From the IMG/VR virus record IMGVR_UViG_3300021958_000041, positions 1-64,000 of that record: 64,000 bases of DNA. The stretch is one strand, 5' to 3'. The notes under the pieces were generated by a model. The model was not told the DNA's origin. It was given only the letters and a program-made list of their open reading frames with translations, and did not search any database. This document shows positions 1 to 8,266 of this stretch, piece after piece. Position 1 is the stretch's first letter, and each line of letters opens with the position of its first letter. This DNA is from a virus. Its lineage: Duplodnaviria; Caudoviricetes. The position numbers were made by a program, and so were the translations under genes.

Positions 1-245
1 GCATTGTGGATTTTTGAATCGATAAAATATTTCATAAGTCGCTGTAAAAGAAGACTTTACGAAAAACTTTTTTGCTTTAACTTTTTTTATTGCAAATTAC
101 TTGCAATAAGAGCGAATTTTTTTTCTTTCATAAAGTACTGAAAAACAACAACTTAAGTTTTGTGTCAAATATTTTTCTCGTTTTTATTCAATTTTTTGAA
201 TAGTTTAAAGTCTCTTATTATTATTAATCTCAAATAAAAATTACA

Positions 246-1187
246 ATGAAAAATCAATCTCAACTTCTCAACGATTATGCCGACAAGATTATTAGCGGTA
301 AAACGTTAAACCGCTTCGAGTCTATAAGGGGAGCTATAGAATTGGAAGCCCGTTCGACTCTAGACTATAGAGAAGCAACTCGACAAGTTGCTAGTCTATC
401 CAATGGTAGCGCAGTTTGCGGTACAGACCCAAGCGTTGCAACTAATGTAGATTTCCCATATACTAATGAAATGCGCGTCAAATTTGATATGCAAAACATC
501 GAAACCGCTTTGCTAGTTGCCAATGAGATGAATCGATTTACTGAGACTGACGCAAGTTGCGGTTTGCATATACATATCAAAGCTAGTTCATTAGTTGGTT
601 CTAGCCTAGAGACCACGAACGGCGTTCGTAGATTGCAAAGAGTGTTGACCTGCCTTGCAAGCGCTTGCAAGCGGTATGAATTGGCTTTTTATGGCTTAAG
701 CGGTCAACGCAATAGAGTTAATAATTCAACCTATTCTAGACCTTTAGAAATCTCTACATTTGAACAATTAAAAAACTCAACTGCTACTAGATTAGAAAGG
801 TTAGCAATCGGACGCCGTACTAGTTTTTTAAACCTTACAAACTTATCTAATTATGATTATGCCCCGAATGAAAGGACGATTGAATTTAGGGGCTTTTCTG
901 CTAGCCCCTCACGTAATGGAGAGAATACACCGAATATTATAAAAGCAAAACACGTCGAAAGCGCATTATTTCTTATTCTCAATTTACTCTCAACCGCAAT
1001 GAGCGAAACCGCAGATTTAAACAAGTTAAGAACCGCAAGAAAGCATCCTTTAGCATCTAAGTCTTTTCAGTGGTTTTTACATCATTCTTGCAAACGTCCA
1101 TTAGTCAAACGATGGGAAAACAAAGACTTAATTTTACAAATGATTACTTATATCATGCAAAATTGTAAATCTGCAGATGCCATTTGA
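246..1187 (+). CDS. Putative amidoligase (COOH-NH2 ligase type 2 / Amidoligase_2-like)
   Basis: Motifs GAIELE, SCGLHIHI and TIEFRGF match the E-x-E, CGxHxH and TxEFR pattern of this family. Confidence 0.75.
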   Translation: MKNQSQLLNDYADKIISGKTLNRFESIRGAIELEARSTLDYREATRQVASLSNGSAVCGTDPSVATNVDFPYTNEMRVKFDMQNIETALLVANEMNRFTETDASCGLHIHIKASSLVGSSLETTNGVRRLQRVLTCLASACKRYELAFYGLSGQRNRVNNSTYSRPLEISTFEQLKNSTATRLERLAIGRRTSFLNLTNLSNYDYAPNERTIEFRGFSASPSRNGENTPNIIKAKHVESALFLILNLLSTAMSETADLNKLRTARKHPLASKSFQWFLHHSCKRPLVKRWENKDLILQMITYIMQNCKSADAI

Positions 1188-1206
1188 TAAAAAAAATAAT
1201 AATAAT

Positions 1207-1242
1207 AAAAAACCGCTAGTAAAAAAACTAGCGGTTTTTTTT
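1207..1242. terminator. Intrinsic terminator, probably bidirectional
   Basis: AAAAAACCGCTAGT-AAAAAA-ACTAGCGGTTTTTTTT: perfect 14-bp stem with A and T tracts, 20 nt after the amidoligase stop. Confidence 0.85.
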
Positions 1243-1460
1243 GCGTAAAAAATAAAAAAAAAAAATTCCAAAAATTTTTCCAAATATATAGAACTTACCC
1301 TAGCAAAATAAAAATGTGGTAAAATCGAATTGATGTCTATACATATAAAAGGGGGGCAAGAATAAGCTTATCTATACTATGTTTTCTAAAAATTTTGTAA
1401 TTGAAATAACCCAAATCAGCCCAAAAAAAAATTTTACCAAATAAAAAACCATTTTATGTA

Positions 1461-1489
1461 TTGACATATTGAAATATACAAAGCATATT
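1461..1489 (+). promoter_or_regulatory. Sigma70-like promoter
   Basis: TTGACA-N17-CATATT upstream of the 1654 ORF. Confidence 0.5.
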
Positions 1490-1517
1490 ACAATTATGTA
1501 TTACTCATACATGACTT

Positions 1518-1616
1518 ACTTGTAGGTTCCAAGGAGAGCCTCCGTCTTTCGCATCAACTAAAAGTCTGGTGTTAAGGGGGTAAGGGATAAAGCAATAGCA
1601 AAACCTGCTTACAAGT
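1518..1616 (+). ncRNA. Candidate structured leader RNA
   Basis: GC-richer intergenic island closed by ACTTGT/ACAAGT and AGGTT/AACCT stems, with internal hairpins. No known family recognised. Confidence 0.25.
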
Positions 1617-1653
1617 TTAACTTTACTAAAAATAACTAAATAAAAATAAAATC

Positions 1654-2142
1654 ATGAATATATTCGTCTTAGATAAATGCCCCGAAGTATCAGCAGAAAT
1701 GATGTGTGACAAACACATTCCAAAAATGGTCGTAGAGTCCTACCAAATGCTTGGAAGTGCTGTACGCAGACATGGAGCAGTAGACTCTGAAATGCCCCTT
1801 ACACAATCAGGAAACCCACTTAAAGGTGGATATAAAAATCATCCTTGTACGAGATGGACTGGAGAGAGTAGAGAGAATTTCAATTGGTTATCCATGCATG
1901 CTTTTTGTTTATGTTACGAATATAGTTTTAGGTATGGAAAAACCCATGCCTGTCAGGAAGGAATTATAAAATTAAATGACATGAGGAATAAGATTCCTAG
2001 TCTTTCATTAACACCCTTTGCCCTTGCAATGCCTGAGGAATTTAAGAGTATTGATGCTGTGGATTCGTATAGAAGTTATTATCGAACAAAAACATTTGCG
2101 AAGTGGGAAAAAACAAGAAACGCACCATTTTGGTGGAATTAA
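1654..2142 (+). CDS. Pyrimidine-dimer DNA glycosylase-like protein (T4 endonuclease V-related family)
   Basis: MNIFVLD...CDKHIPKMVVESYQML...NHPCTRW...YGKTHAC...FALAMP...SYRSYY is the characteristic pattern. Confidence 0.75.
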   Translation: MNIFVLDKCPEVSAEMMCDKHIPKMVVESYQMLGSAVRRHGAVDSEMPLTQSGNPLKGGYKNHPCTRWTGESRENFNWLSMHAFCLCYEYSFRYGKTHACQEGIIKLNDMRNKIPSLSLTPFALAMPEEFKSIDAVDSYRSYYRTKTFAKWEKTRNAPFWWN

Positions 2143-2143
2143 A

Positions 2144-2953
2144 ATGATAGGATTATTAGGAAGTTCAGGTTGGATTGGTTTAAATGTGAAAAAAGCACTT
2201 GATGATGCAAGTATTGCTCATGAATGTGTCGAGCGTACCGACATAAATTCAAAAAATGTCGGAAACATTTCAAAATATCGACAAATTATAAATTGTGCAG
2301 GATATTTCAACTCAATCATTTATGACCCTAAACCAATTGATGGAAAAGAAGCGCATGCAAACATTGCTCTCCTTAATGACTTGATATATTTCCATCCAAA
2401 ATCGGAAATTATCAGTTTTTTTTCAAATCAAGCATATATGGATGATATGAATGACGAAGATTCAGGCACACACCAACATAGGAGTGTATATAGCTCATCT
2501 TGGAATAATAGAATTTTCTGCCTTGAGCGTAATAATAATACAAGAATTGCTTTAGGTGCTGTATTTGATGATACCCTGACTGATAAAAACATCTTATATC
2601 AATTTTTACATCAAGAGGAATTACCAAGTAAGTTAAGCAGTTTTTGCAGCATGAAAGATTTATGCTCCAATCTAATTAATTATGTGAGTGTAGATTCTAG
2701 AGATATAAAATCCAAAAAATTTCATTTTTCTTCATCAGATTTAATATGTGGAGAGGATTTAAAACAAATGTTCTATAATAATTTTGAAATTAGAGAAAAA
2801 ACTCTTGTAAATATGTCTATCGGAGGTTCTCTTTTGACTGAAAAAACAAAACAAGCATTTTTAGATATGGGAGCTAAATTTGAATTTGGTTCAGCAAAAA
2901 AGCAAATCAAGGAATGCTTACTAAGTATGAAAGAAAAAATGTATGACAATTGA
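2144..2953 (+). CDS. NAD-dependent epimerase/dehydratase (extended SDR, RmlD-like), possibly degenerate
   Basis: N-terminal GxxGxxG (IGLLGSSGWIG) and INCAG. Start moved to ATG 2144, just after the upstream stop. The catalytic YxxxK reads YSSSW. Confidence 0.6.
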   Translation: MIGLLGSSGWIGLNVKKALDDASIAHECVERTDINSKNVGNISKYRQIINCAGYFNSIIYDPKPIDGKEAHANIALLNDLIYFHPKSEIISFFSNQAYMDDMNDEDSGTHQHRSVYSSSWNNRIFCLERNNNTRIALGAVFDDTLTDKNILYQFLHQEELPSKLSSFCSMKDLCSNLINYVSVDSRDIKSKKFHFSSSDLICGEDLKQMFYNNFEIREKTLVNMSIGGSLLTEKTKQAFLDMGAKFEFGSAKKQIKECLLSMKEKMYDN

Positions 2954-3200
2954 ACAATTACAAGAAAGATGTTTTTGGCAAAAACGAGCAGTTGATGAAA
3001 AGGCATGTGGTGAGAAATGCTTACGCTCCTATACACTTAGGGATAAATGTGGTACGCAATGGGGATATGGATGGATTTACGAAGATGGAGACATGTATCG
3101 AGTTGTTCGCTACTGCTACAAGGGTAGAACAACCTTTAATAAATATAAGACCGCATACCAAGCACTTAAGGCACTAATAAAATCAAAATTCGAAAAATGA
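2943..3200 (+). CDS. Hypothetical protein
   Basis: 85-aa ORF coupled to both neighbours. Confidence 0.55.
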   Translation: MTIEQLQERCFWQKRAVDEKACGEKCLRSYTLRDKCGTQWGYGWIYEDGDMYRVVRYCYKGRTTFNKYKTAYQALKALIKSKFEK

Positions 3201-3403
3201 CAGATAAAAATAAAAATAAAGAATTAAATGAAAGAAATTACGAACTAGCTTTAGAAAAAATCATGAATGTTTGCGATTTAGTAATGGAGAACTGCAAACC
3301 TGATTATCTGAGCAAGAAAATTATTTCGGAAGTTTTTGAAATTGCCAGCACCGCTCGAATGGGTGGAAATTGGCTTACATATAATAAACAAAATAAAAAA
3401 TAA
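3197..3403 (+). CDS. Hypothetical protein
   Basis: ATGA overlap with the upstream stop. Confidence 0.55.
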   Translation: MTDKNKNKELNERNYELALEKIMNVCDLVMENCKPDYLSKKIISEVFEIASTARMGGNWLTYNKQNKK

Positions 3404-3404
3404 A

Positions 3405-3791
3405 ATGATTGAACATATAACAGAGCATGTAGAGTACGAAAAAGGATACCTGAAAGGTTTTCATGATGGAAGAAAGTGGAAGCATGAAGAAACACATGAT
3501 GATTCAACAACCCTAAAGGTTATAGAGCGTTGGAATAAGTTCGTAGATGACTACGTTGACGATAAAGCACCCATTGCCGACCAATACAAACAAATGCAAA
3601 GTGCTTGGGCTGTATATAATGGTCTTCCATTCTCCGATATTGAATGGCGTAGGCTTGTTGCCAACAATCTAAATGAACTAGCAGATAAAATCATAGAAAA
3701 AGATTCATGCCATACAGAAGTAATCTCTTCTCTTCATGGTCTTGTTAACTGGATTTCCACTATACAACAAGGAAAGACCCCCAAAACATAA
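3405..3791 (+). CDS. Hypothetical protein
   Basis: Start reassigned to ATG 3405 (MIEHITEH), 1 nt after the upstream stop. Confidence 0.55.
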   Translation: MIEHITEHVEYEKGYLKGFHDGRKWKHEETHDDSTTLKVIERWNKFVDDYVDDKAPIADQYKQMQSAWAVYNGLPFSDIEWRRLVANNLNELADKIIEKDSCHTEVISSLHGLVNWISTIQQGKTPKT

Positions 3792-3832
3792 GGGGTCTTG
3801 ACAAAAAATAAAATCGTTGCGAGCAGGCTCGC
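3775..3832 (+). promoter_or_regulatory. Hairpin, TTGACA box and palindrome upstream of the RHH gene
   Basis: AGACCCC/GGGGTCT stem, TTGACA at 3798, then GCGAGC-AG-GCTCGC inverted repeat at 3819-3832. Confidence 0.4.
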
Positions 3833-3855
3833 TAATATTATTATAGACTTATAAA

Positions 3856-4092
3856 ATGACCCTCAAAAACAAATATAAAAATAAAGCCTATTACTTAGGT
3901 GAAAAACTGACGCATTCAGGTATACAAGGAAATCAATTGAGCGTAGCTCTACCATATTGGATGAAGGAAAGATTGAGGGAAATGAGCGCCGAACGAAAAG
4001 AAAGTATTTCGGGCATCGTAATAAAAATGCTTCTTGAAAAAAAAGAGTTTAATGAACAGGAAATGGAGAGAATAAAAAATGGAAAAAAATGA
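3856..4092 (+). CDS. Ribbon-helix-helix (Arc/CopG-like) DNA-binding protein
   Basis: QLSVALPYWMKERLREMSAERKESISGIVIKML: beta strand plus two helices, with the typical S-x-S-x-x-V turn. Confidence 0.65.
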   Translation: MTLKNKYKNKAYYLGEKLTHSGIQGNQLSVALPYWMKERLREMSAERKESISGIVIKMLLEKKEFNEQEMERIKNGKK

Positions 4093-4430
4093 ATATAGTT
4101 GGGGAGCAATTTTATTTGCTGTCTTTTTTGTCGTACTTGCATGTCATGTACTCTCAGGTTGCTCATCACGTATGTGTGATAGTTGCCCTGAGTTTGGTCA
4201 TGGTCCATGCCCTTTTAATCAGGAAAAATGCTGTAATAAACATGAAAAATAATATCGTAACTCAACAAAATGGATATTGGATTGTTGAAATGGCTAATGG
4301 TGAACTCTTTGAATGGTCAATGGAGAAAGCACTCAAGCGCATTCCAGTACTTAAACTTTTCGACAAAAATAGCCTTGCTAGAATAACCACAATAAGAATT
4401 CCTGATGCCACAAACCAAGCCAAAGCATAA
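4089..4430 (+). CDS. Hypothetical protein with hydrophobic N-terminus
   Basis: ATGA overlap and hydrophobic first ~45 aa. The true start may be later. Confidence 0.4.
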   Translation: MNIVGEQFYLLSFLSYLHVMYSQVAHHVCVIVALSLVMVHALLIRKNAVINMKNNIVTQQNGYWIVEMANGELFEWSMEKALKRIPVLKLFDKNSLARITTIRIPDATNQAKA

Positions 4431-4905
4431 TTTTGACATAGATTTAGACTTTGGTCAGATTTGGGAGCGTAGAATATGTAATATATTTGAAAATAATGGC
4501 TCTCTTGAGGTTAAGGCTGATAGGATGTGGTGGAATAGCGGAAACCTTGCATTTGAATTTCAATGTAATGGCAAGCCATCTGGAATTGCAGCATCAAAAG
4601 CTACTTGGTGGGTATCCGTCTTGACAAATCAAGACGACCCAAATAACACAGATTTAATTCTAATTTGGAAAACTGAAGAGCTTAAAGAATTACTACGTTC
4701 ATTAATACGTGAGAAGAAAGCAGAAGTGAAAAACGGAGGTGATGGAATGCGCGCGCAATTAGTCTTAGTGAAAATTGATGATTTACTACCCTCATGTATT
4801 CATGATAAACCTTGGTCAAACAGAAATGATGAATACGCAAGAGGATTTCAGGATGGAATCAAACAGCAAAATGAATTCTATTCAAACATGATGAAAAATG
4901 GGTAA
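4405..4905 (+). CDS. PD-(D/E)XK-fold nuclease-like phage protein
   Basis: FDIDLDFGQ..E, LEVKAD, SGNLAFEF, GKPSGI..SKATWW pattern. Confidence 0.55.
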   Translation: MPQTKPKHNFDIDLDFGQIWERRICNIFENNGSLEVKADRMWWNSGNLAFEFQCNGKPSGIAASKATWWVSVLTNQDDPNNTDLILIWKTEELKELLRSLIREKKAEVKNGGDGMRAQLVLVKIDDLLPSCIHDKPWSNRNDEYARGFQDGIKQQNEFYSNMMKNG

Positions 4906-5056
4906 ATCAGATATATTTGAATCTTTTGTTATGATTTCCATAATTGTTGTGGTTATGTGCTTAAGCTTTTGTTCATGCACCTCAAAAACTAGCTATTCAA
5001 GACCCATTGAAAACATCGATAAAATTGTATATGGAAATAAAAACATTATAAAATGA
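4898..5056 (+). CDS. Small putative lipoprotein/membrane peptide (52 aa, not in the ORF track)
   Basis: MGKSDIFESFVMISIIVVVMCLSFCSCTSK: hydrophobic stretch followed by Cys. Overlaps the upstream stop. Confidence 0.35.
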   Translation: MGKSDIFESFVMISIIVVVMCLSFCSCTSKTSYSRPIENIDKIVYGNKNIIK

Positions 5057-5274
5057 CAGACTTACTATCTAAATTTCTAGCCCACGCCCTTCTATTTGCG
5101 TTCGATTTGCTGTTCTTAATTGTTCGCGCTTTTTTTATACCCTATAGGTTGTACTCAATTTGGAAAAATAAGAAAGTTTATCATGAGCAAATGACAGACT
5201 ACAATGAGCGTGCTAGCACTAATTAACCTAATAATTATTTTTGGATTTTTTCTATATTTATTATATAAAAAGTA

Positions 5275-5310
5275 TTGACAAATAATAAAAACAAGCTGAT
5301 GATAATCAGC
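5275..5310 (+). promoter_or_regulatory. TTGACA promoter overlapped by an inverted repeat
   Basis: TTGACA at 5275. GCTGAT-GATA-ATCAGC palindrome (5295-5310) covers the expected -10 position. Confidence 0.45.
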
Positions 5311-5344
5311 ATTAATAATAAAACATAAAATGGAGATTAAATAA

Positions 5345-6028
5345 ATGAAAGTAAGTACAATCAACGAATTAGTAGATTCATCAGAAGAGTTCGTACCTGA
5401 GTCCTTTAGGGGGAAAATTAAAAAGGTATACGAAGCAAAAGAGGGTGAGGGAGAGCATGGTCCGTGGAGGATACAGCCTGCATTAGTGACTGACGGAACT
5501 AATGACATGAGGATAGTTTTTTCTGGAAGAAATGCATACAATCCTGCCGACATTGAAGGCACTGAGATTTATGCAAAAGCAAAAAAGACAAAGAAGGGTC
5601 ATTATTCTGGACTAAAGCTAAAGATTAGCACATGGCAGGAGAAAACTAAGAAAGAACTTTTTATCTACGAATATGCGGAAGTTTCATTCGGTGATGAAGA
5701 TGAAGGTTCAGCCATTATAGATAAAGGTGGAATTTCAACCGAAAAATCAGCAACATCTGTATCGGATACGTCTTCTCAATCCGATAGCTTTGATAAGTTT
5801 GAGGAAAAGGAAAGTGTAGTAGATGCGGTGCGCCAAAATGTGGCTCAATCTGCCAACATGATGCTAGTTTGCTTAGATGCCGCGATGTATGTAAAGCAAC
5901 AATTTGAAGGAAGGCACGACACTGAAATGTCACGTGAGCATTTTCAAGCAATAACATCTTCTCTTTTTATTAATGCTGATAAAAGAGGTTTAATTAGTAA
6001 CATGCCTAAAGGCTCATTGGAGGAATAA
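5345..6028 (+). CDS. Putative single-stranded DNA-binding protein (OB-fold-like)
   Basis: Beta-rich N-terminus (RGKIKKVYE...PWRIQPALVTDGT..MRIVF), acidic/Ser linker, and position at the head of the recombination operon. Confidence 0.5.
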   Translation: MKVSTINELVDSSEEFVPESFRGKIKKVYEAKEGEGEHGPWRIQPALVTDGTNDMRIVFSGRNAYNPADIEGTEIYAKAKKTKKGHYSGLKLKISTWQEKTKKELFIYEYAEVSFGDEDEGSAIIDKGGISTEKSATSVSDTSSQSDSFDKFEEKESVVDAVRQNVAQSANMMLVCLDAAMYVKQQFEGRHDTEMSREHFQAITSSLFINADKRGLISNMPKGSLEE

Positions 6029-6031
6029 TTT

Positions 6032-6334
6032 ATGATAGTGGAAGCAACAGAAGAATATAAAGGATACACATTACGTGTATCTTCAGAATCAACGCTAGGT
6101 AGTACTTTAATTGACTACAAGTTTGAAGCAGAAAAGGATTTAGAAAGTGTCCTTGTGAAAAATATTGAGCAAGAAAAAGAAAAAAATATTCCTGCGTTAT
6201 TTGAAGAATTTAAGCTATCAGTAGACGCTTTGACTGAAACAAACACAAACGAAGAATTAGTGCCTACATCATCGGAGGGTGAGTCTGAAGTTGAAGGTAC
6301 AAATGAAGGAGAGATTGACACTGAGGAATTTTAA
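6032..6334 (+). CDS. Acidic hypothetical protein
   Basis: 100 aa, Glu-rich, followed by a terminator. Confidence 0.6.
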   Translation: MIVEATEEYKGYTLRVSSESTLGSTLIDYKFEAEKDLESVLVKNIEQEKEKNIPALFEEFKLSVDALTETNTNEELVPTSSEGESEVEGTNEGEIDTEEF

Positions 6335-6359
6335 TCCACTCTCCATTCATCACAGCATG

Positions 6360-6390
6360 CCGTACACCCTTCGGGGTGTGCGGTTTTTTT
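6360..6390 (+). terminator. Intrinsic terminator with UUCG tetraloop
   Basis: CCGTACACCC-TTCG-GGGTGTGCGG-TTTTTTT. Confidence 0.9.
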
Positions 6391-6403
6391 ACCAATAATT
6401 AAA

Positions 6404-8266
6404 ATGAGAATAAAAAAAATAAAATTAAAAAACCTTAAGGGTGTAACTGGAGAATTTACGCTTACTGAAAGTAATGTAATAGTAGGAGAAAATGCATCGG
6501 GTAAGACAGCAATTTTAGACGCAATAAGGCTATGCTTTATTGGATACCACCCAAAGTTAGGGAAGAGCGCAAGGAGCTTATTTTCACTAGCTAGTGGCAA
6601 TGATATGTCCTGTCAAGTTGTTATGGATACTGGAGAATTTTGCAGTTTTAGCTTAGAGTTATCAGGAAATTCAGTTAAGAAAGATTGGCAGCCATTAAAT
6701 ATTTCTGATACCGCAAAAATACAGCTCGACCCATCTTTATTCTTCGAGTCAACAAAAGCCAATAAAAGAGATACTATATTTTCAATCCTTGGCAATTCCG
6801 ACCCGAATGATGTATTAACTAAACTAAACCACGCCTTGGAGTGCGAACCAAACTCAGGCACTACATTGGAGTCAGAAGTTATAAATAGCGTGAAGGAGAA
6901 AATTTCTGATATTTTTTCACAAACCCCAATGACTAATGACGCATTATCCCAAACCATTGATTTCTTTAAGGAAATTGTGTCTCAGGCAAGTTCTGCTAGC
7001 AAGCGAATGGATAAAACTCTTGAGGGACTTGCGCAAGTTTCCAGTCCATCACAGATAATGATTCAAAATGAATCCTTCTACGAATCTCAATTATCCCAAC
7101 TTAATGAGAAAAGAAAAAACTTAGAAGATAAGATTTACGCAAAAAAAGACATTCAGAATAAGATACTGGATTTACAGCAAGATTTATCTGAAGCCAAAAA
7201 GAAGAAAACCGAAGCACCTTCTTTTGAAAGAATAAATAAAATATCAGAAGAAATTTCAGAGTTAAATTCTTCATTTAATAAATATAAATCTCTTTATGAG
7301 ACTAACCTTGCGAAGATTGATAAGAAAATAAAAGAATCAGAGGAAGTTTCTAGTTCATTTAAAAACGAAAGTTTAGATAAAGTACTTAAGGAGTTGCCTG
7401 ACGGAACTTACATGGCAAGAGTTGAAATTGCCAAGAACTTAGAAGATGTGGCTACTGCCGTTTGGGAGATAAGCGACTTTGAGGCGGAAGAAAACAGAAA
7501 GACAAAAGAAGATTTAATGTCCAACTTCATGGATGCCGAGAAAGCCCACAATCAAGCAATATGGCCACTAGAGTCAGAGCTTAAGCAATTAACTGAAATG
7601 AAGTCAGATAAAGATGACGGAACAGCAACGGCATACATAGAGAAGTTATTAAGAGAAGAAAGAGATAAACTTCAGAAGCTAGATTACAAAGATATATACC
7701 AAAAAGAGCTTGATGCTATTGAAGGAGAATTAACTAGGGTCAATCAACTTTTAAGGAAGTCATCTAGGAATGCGATTGAAATTGAAAAAATAACTCAAGT
7801 CAGAGATGAAGCAAGTAAGGTTGAGCTAGAGTTAAAGTATGTAAAGCTTCTGCAAAAAGCACTTTTACAGTTCGCTGAAAATTTAAGTTATTCTACACTT
7901 AATAAGTTATTGGTTTCAATGAATAAATTTGCCACAGGCATAGGGTTAACACCATATTCAGTGCAAGATGGAGATTTAGGATATTACGAGAAAGGAATAT
8001 TTGTTTCTTATGAAACTTTTTCAGGTTCTGAAATGGCTATACTTCGTTGCGCACTTACTATCGCACTAGCAATGAATAGTGAATATAAATTAGCGGTAAT
8101 AGATGAACTTGGTCGATTCGATGAACATAGAAAGAGGATGTCATTTCTAACAATCCAAGAATTAATCAAAGATGGATTTATGAATCAATTCATAGGTGTA
8201 GATGTAGTCTCACCAATTTCAACATCTCACAATATAATAACTACATGTAAAGATGAATCTAAGTAA
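6404..8266 (+). CDS. Rad50/SbcC/SMC-like ABC ATPase
   Basis: Walker A GENASGKT, long coiled coil, signature FSGSE, Walker B VIDE. Confidence 0.85.
   Translation: MRIKKIKLKNLKGVTGEFTLTESNVIVGENASGKTAILDAIRLCFIGYHPKLGKSARSLFSLASGNDMSCQVVMDTGEFCSFSLELSGNSVKKDWQPLNISDTAKIQLDPSLFFESTKANKRDTIFSILGNSDPNDVLTKLNHALECEPNSGTTLESEVINSVKEKISDIFSQTPMTNDALSQTIDFFKEIVSQASSASKRMDKTLEGLAQVSSPSQIMIQNESFYESQLSQLNEKRKNLEDKIYAKKDIQNKILDLQQDLSEAKKKKTEAPSFERINKISEEISELNSSFNKYKSLYETNLAKIDKKIKESEEVSSSFKNESLDKVLKELPDGTYMARVEIAKNLEDVATAVWEISDFEAEENRKTKEDLMSNFMDAEKAHNQAIWPLESELKQLTEMKSDKDDGTATAYIEKLLREERDKLQKLDYKDIYQKELDAIEGELTRVNQLLRKSSRNAIEIEKITQVRDEASKVELELKYVKLLQKALLQFAENLSYSTLNKLLVSMNKFATGIGLTPYSVQDGDLGYYEKGIFVSYETFSGSEMAILRCALTIALAMNSEYKLAVIDELGRFDEHRKRMSFLTIQELIKDGFMNQFIGVDVVSPISTSHNIITTCKDESK

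Noticed and set aside
5053-5230. Very short ORFs (about 30 and 11 codons) after the putative lipoprotein
   Set aside because: Too short to distinguish from chance, although the first is hydrophobic
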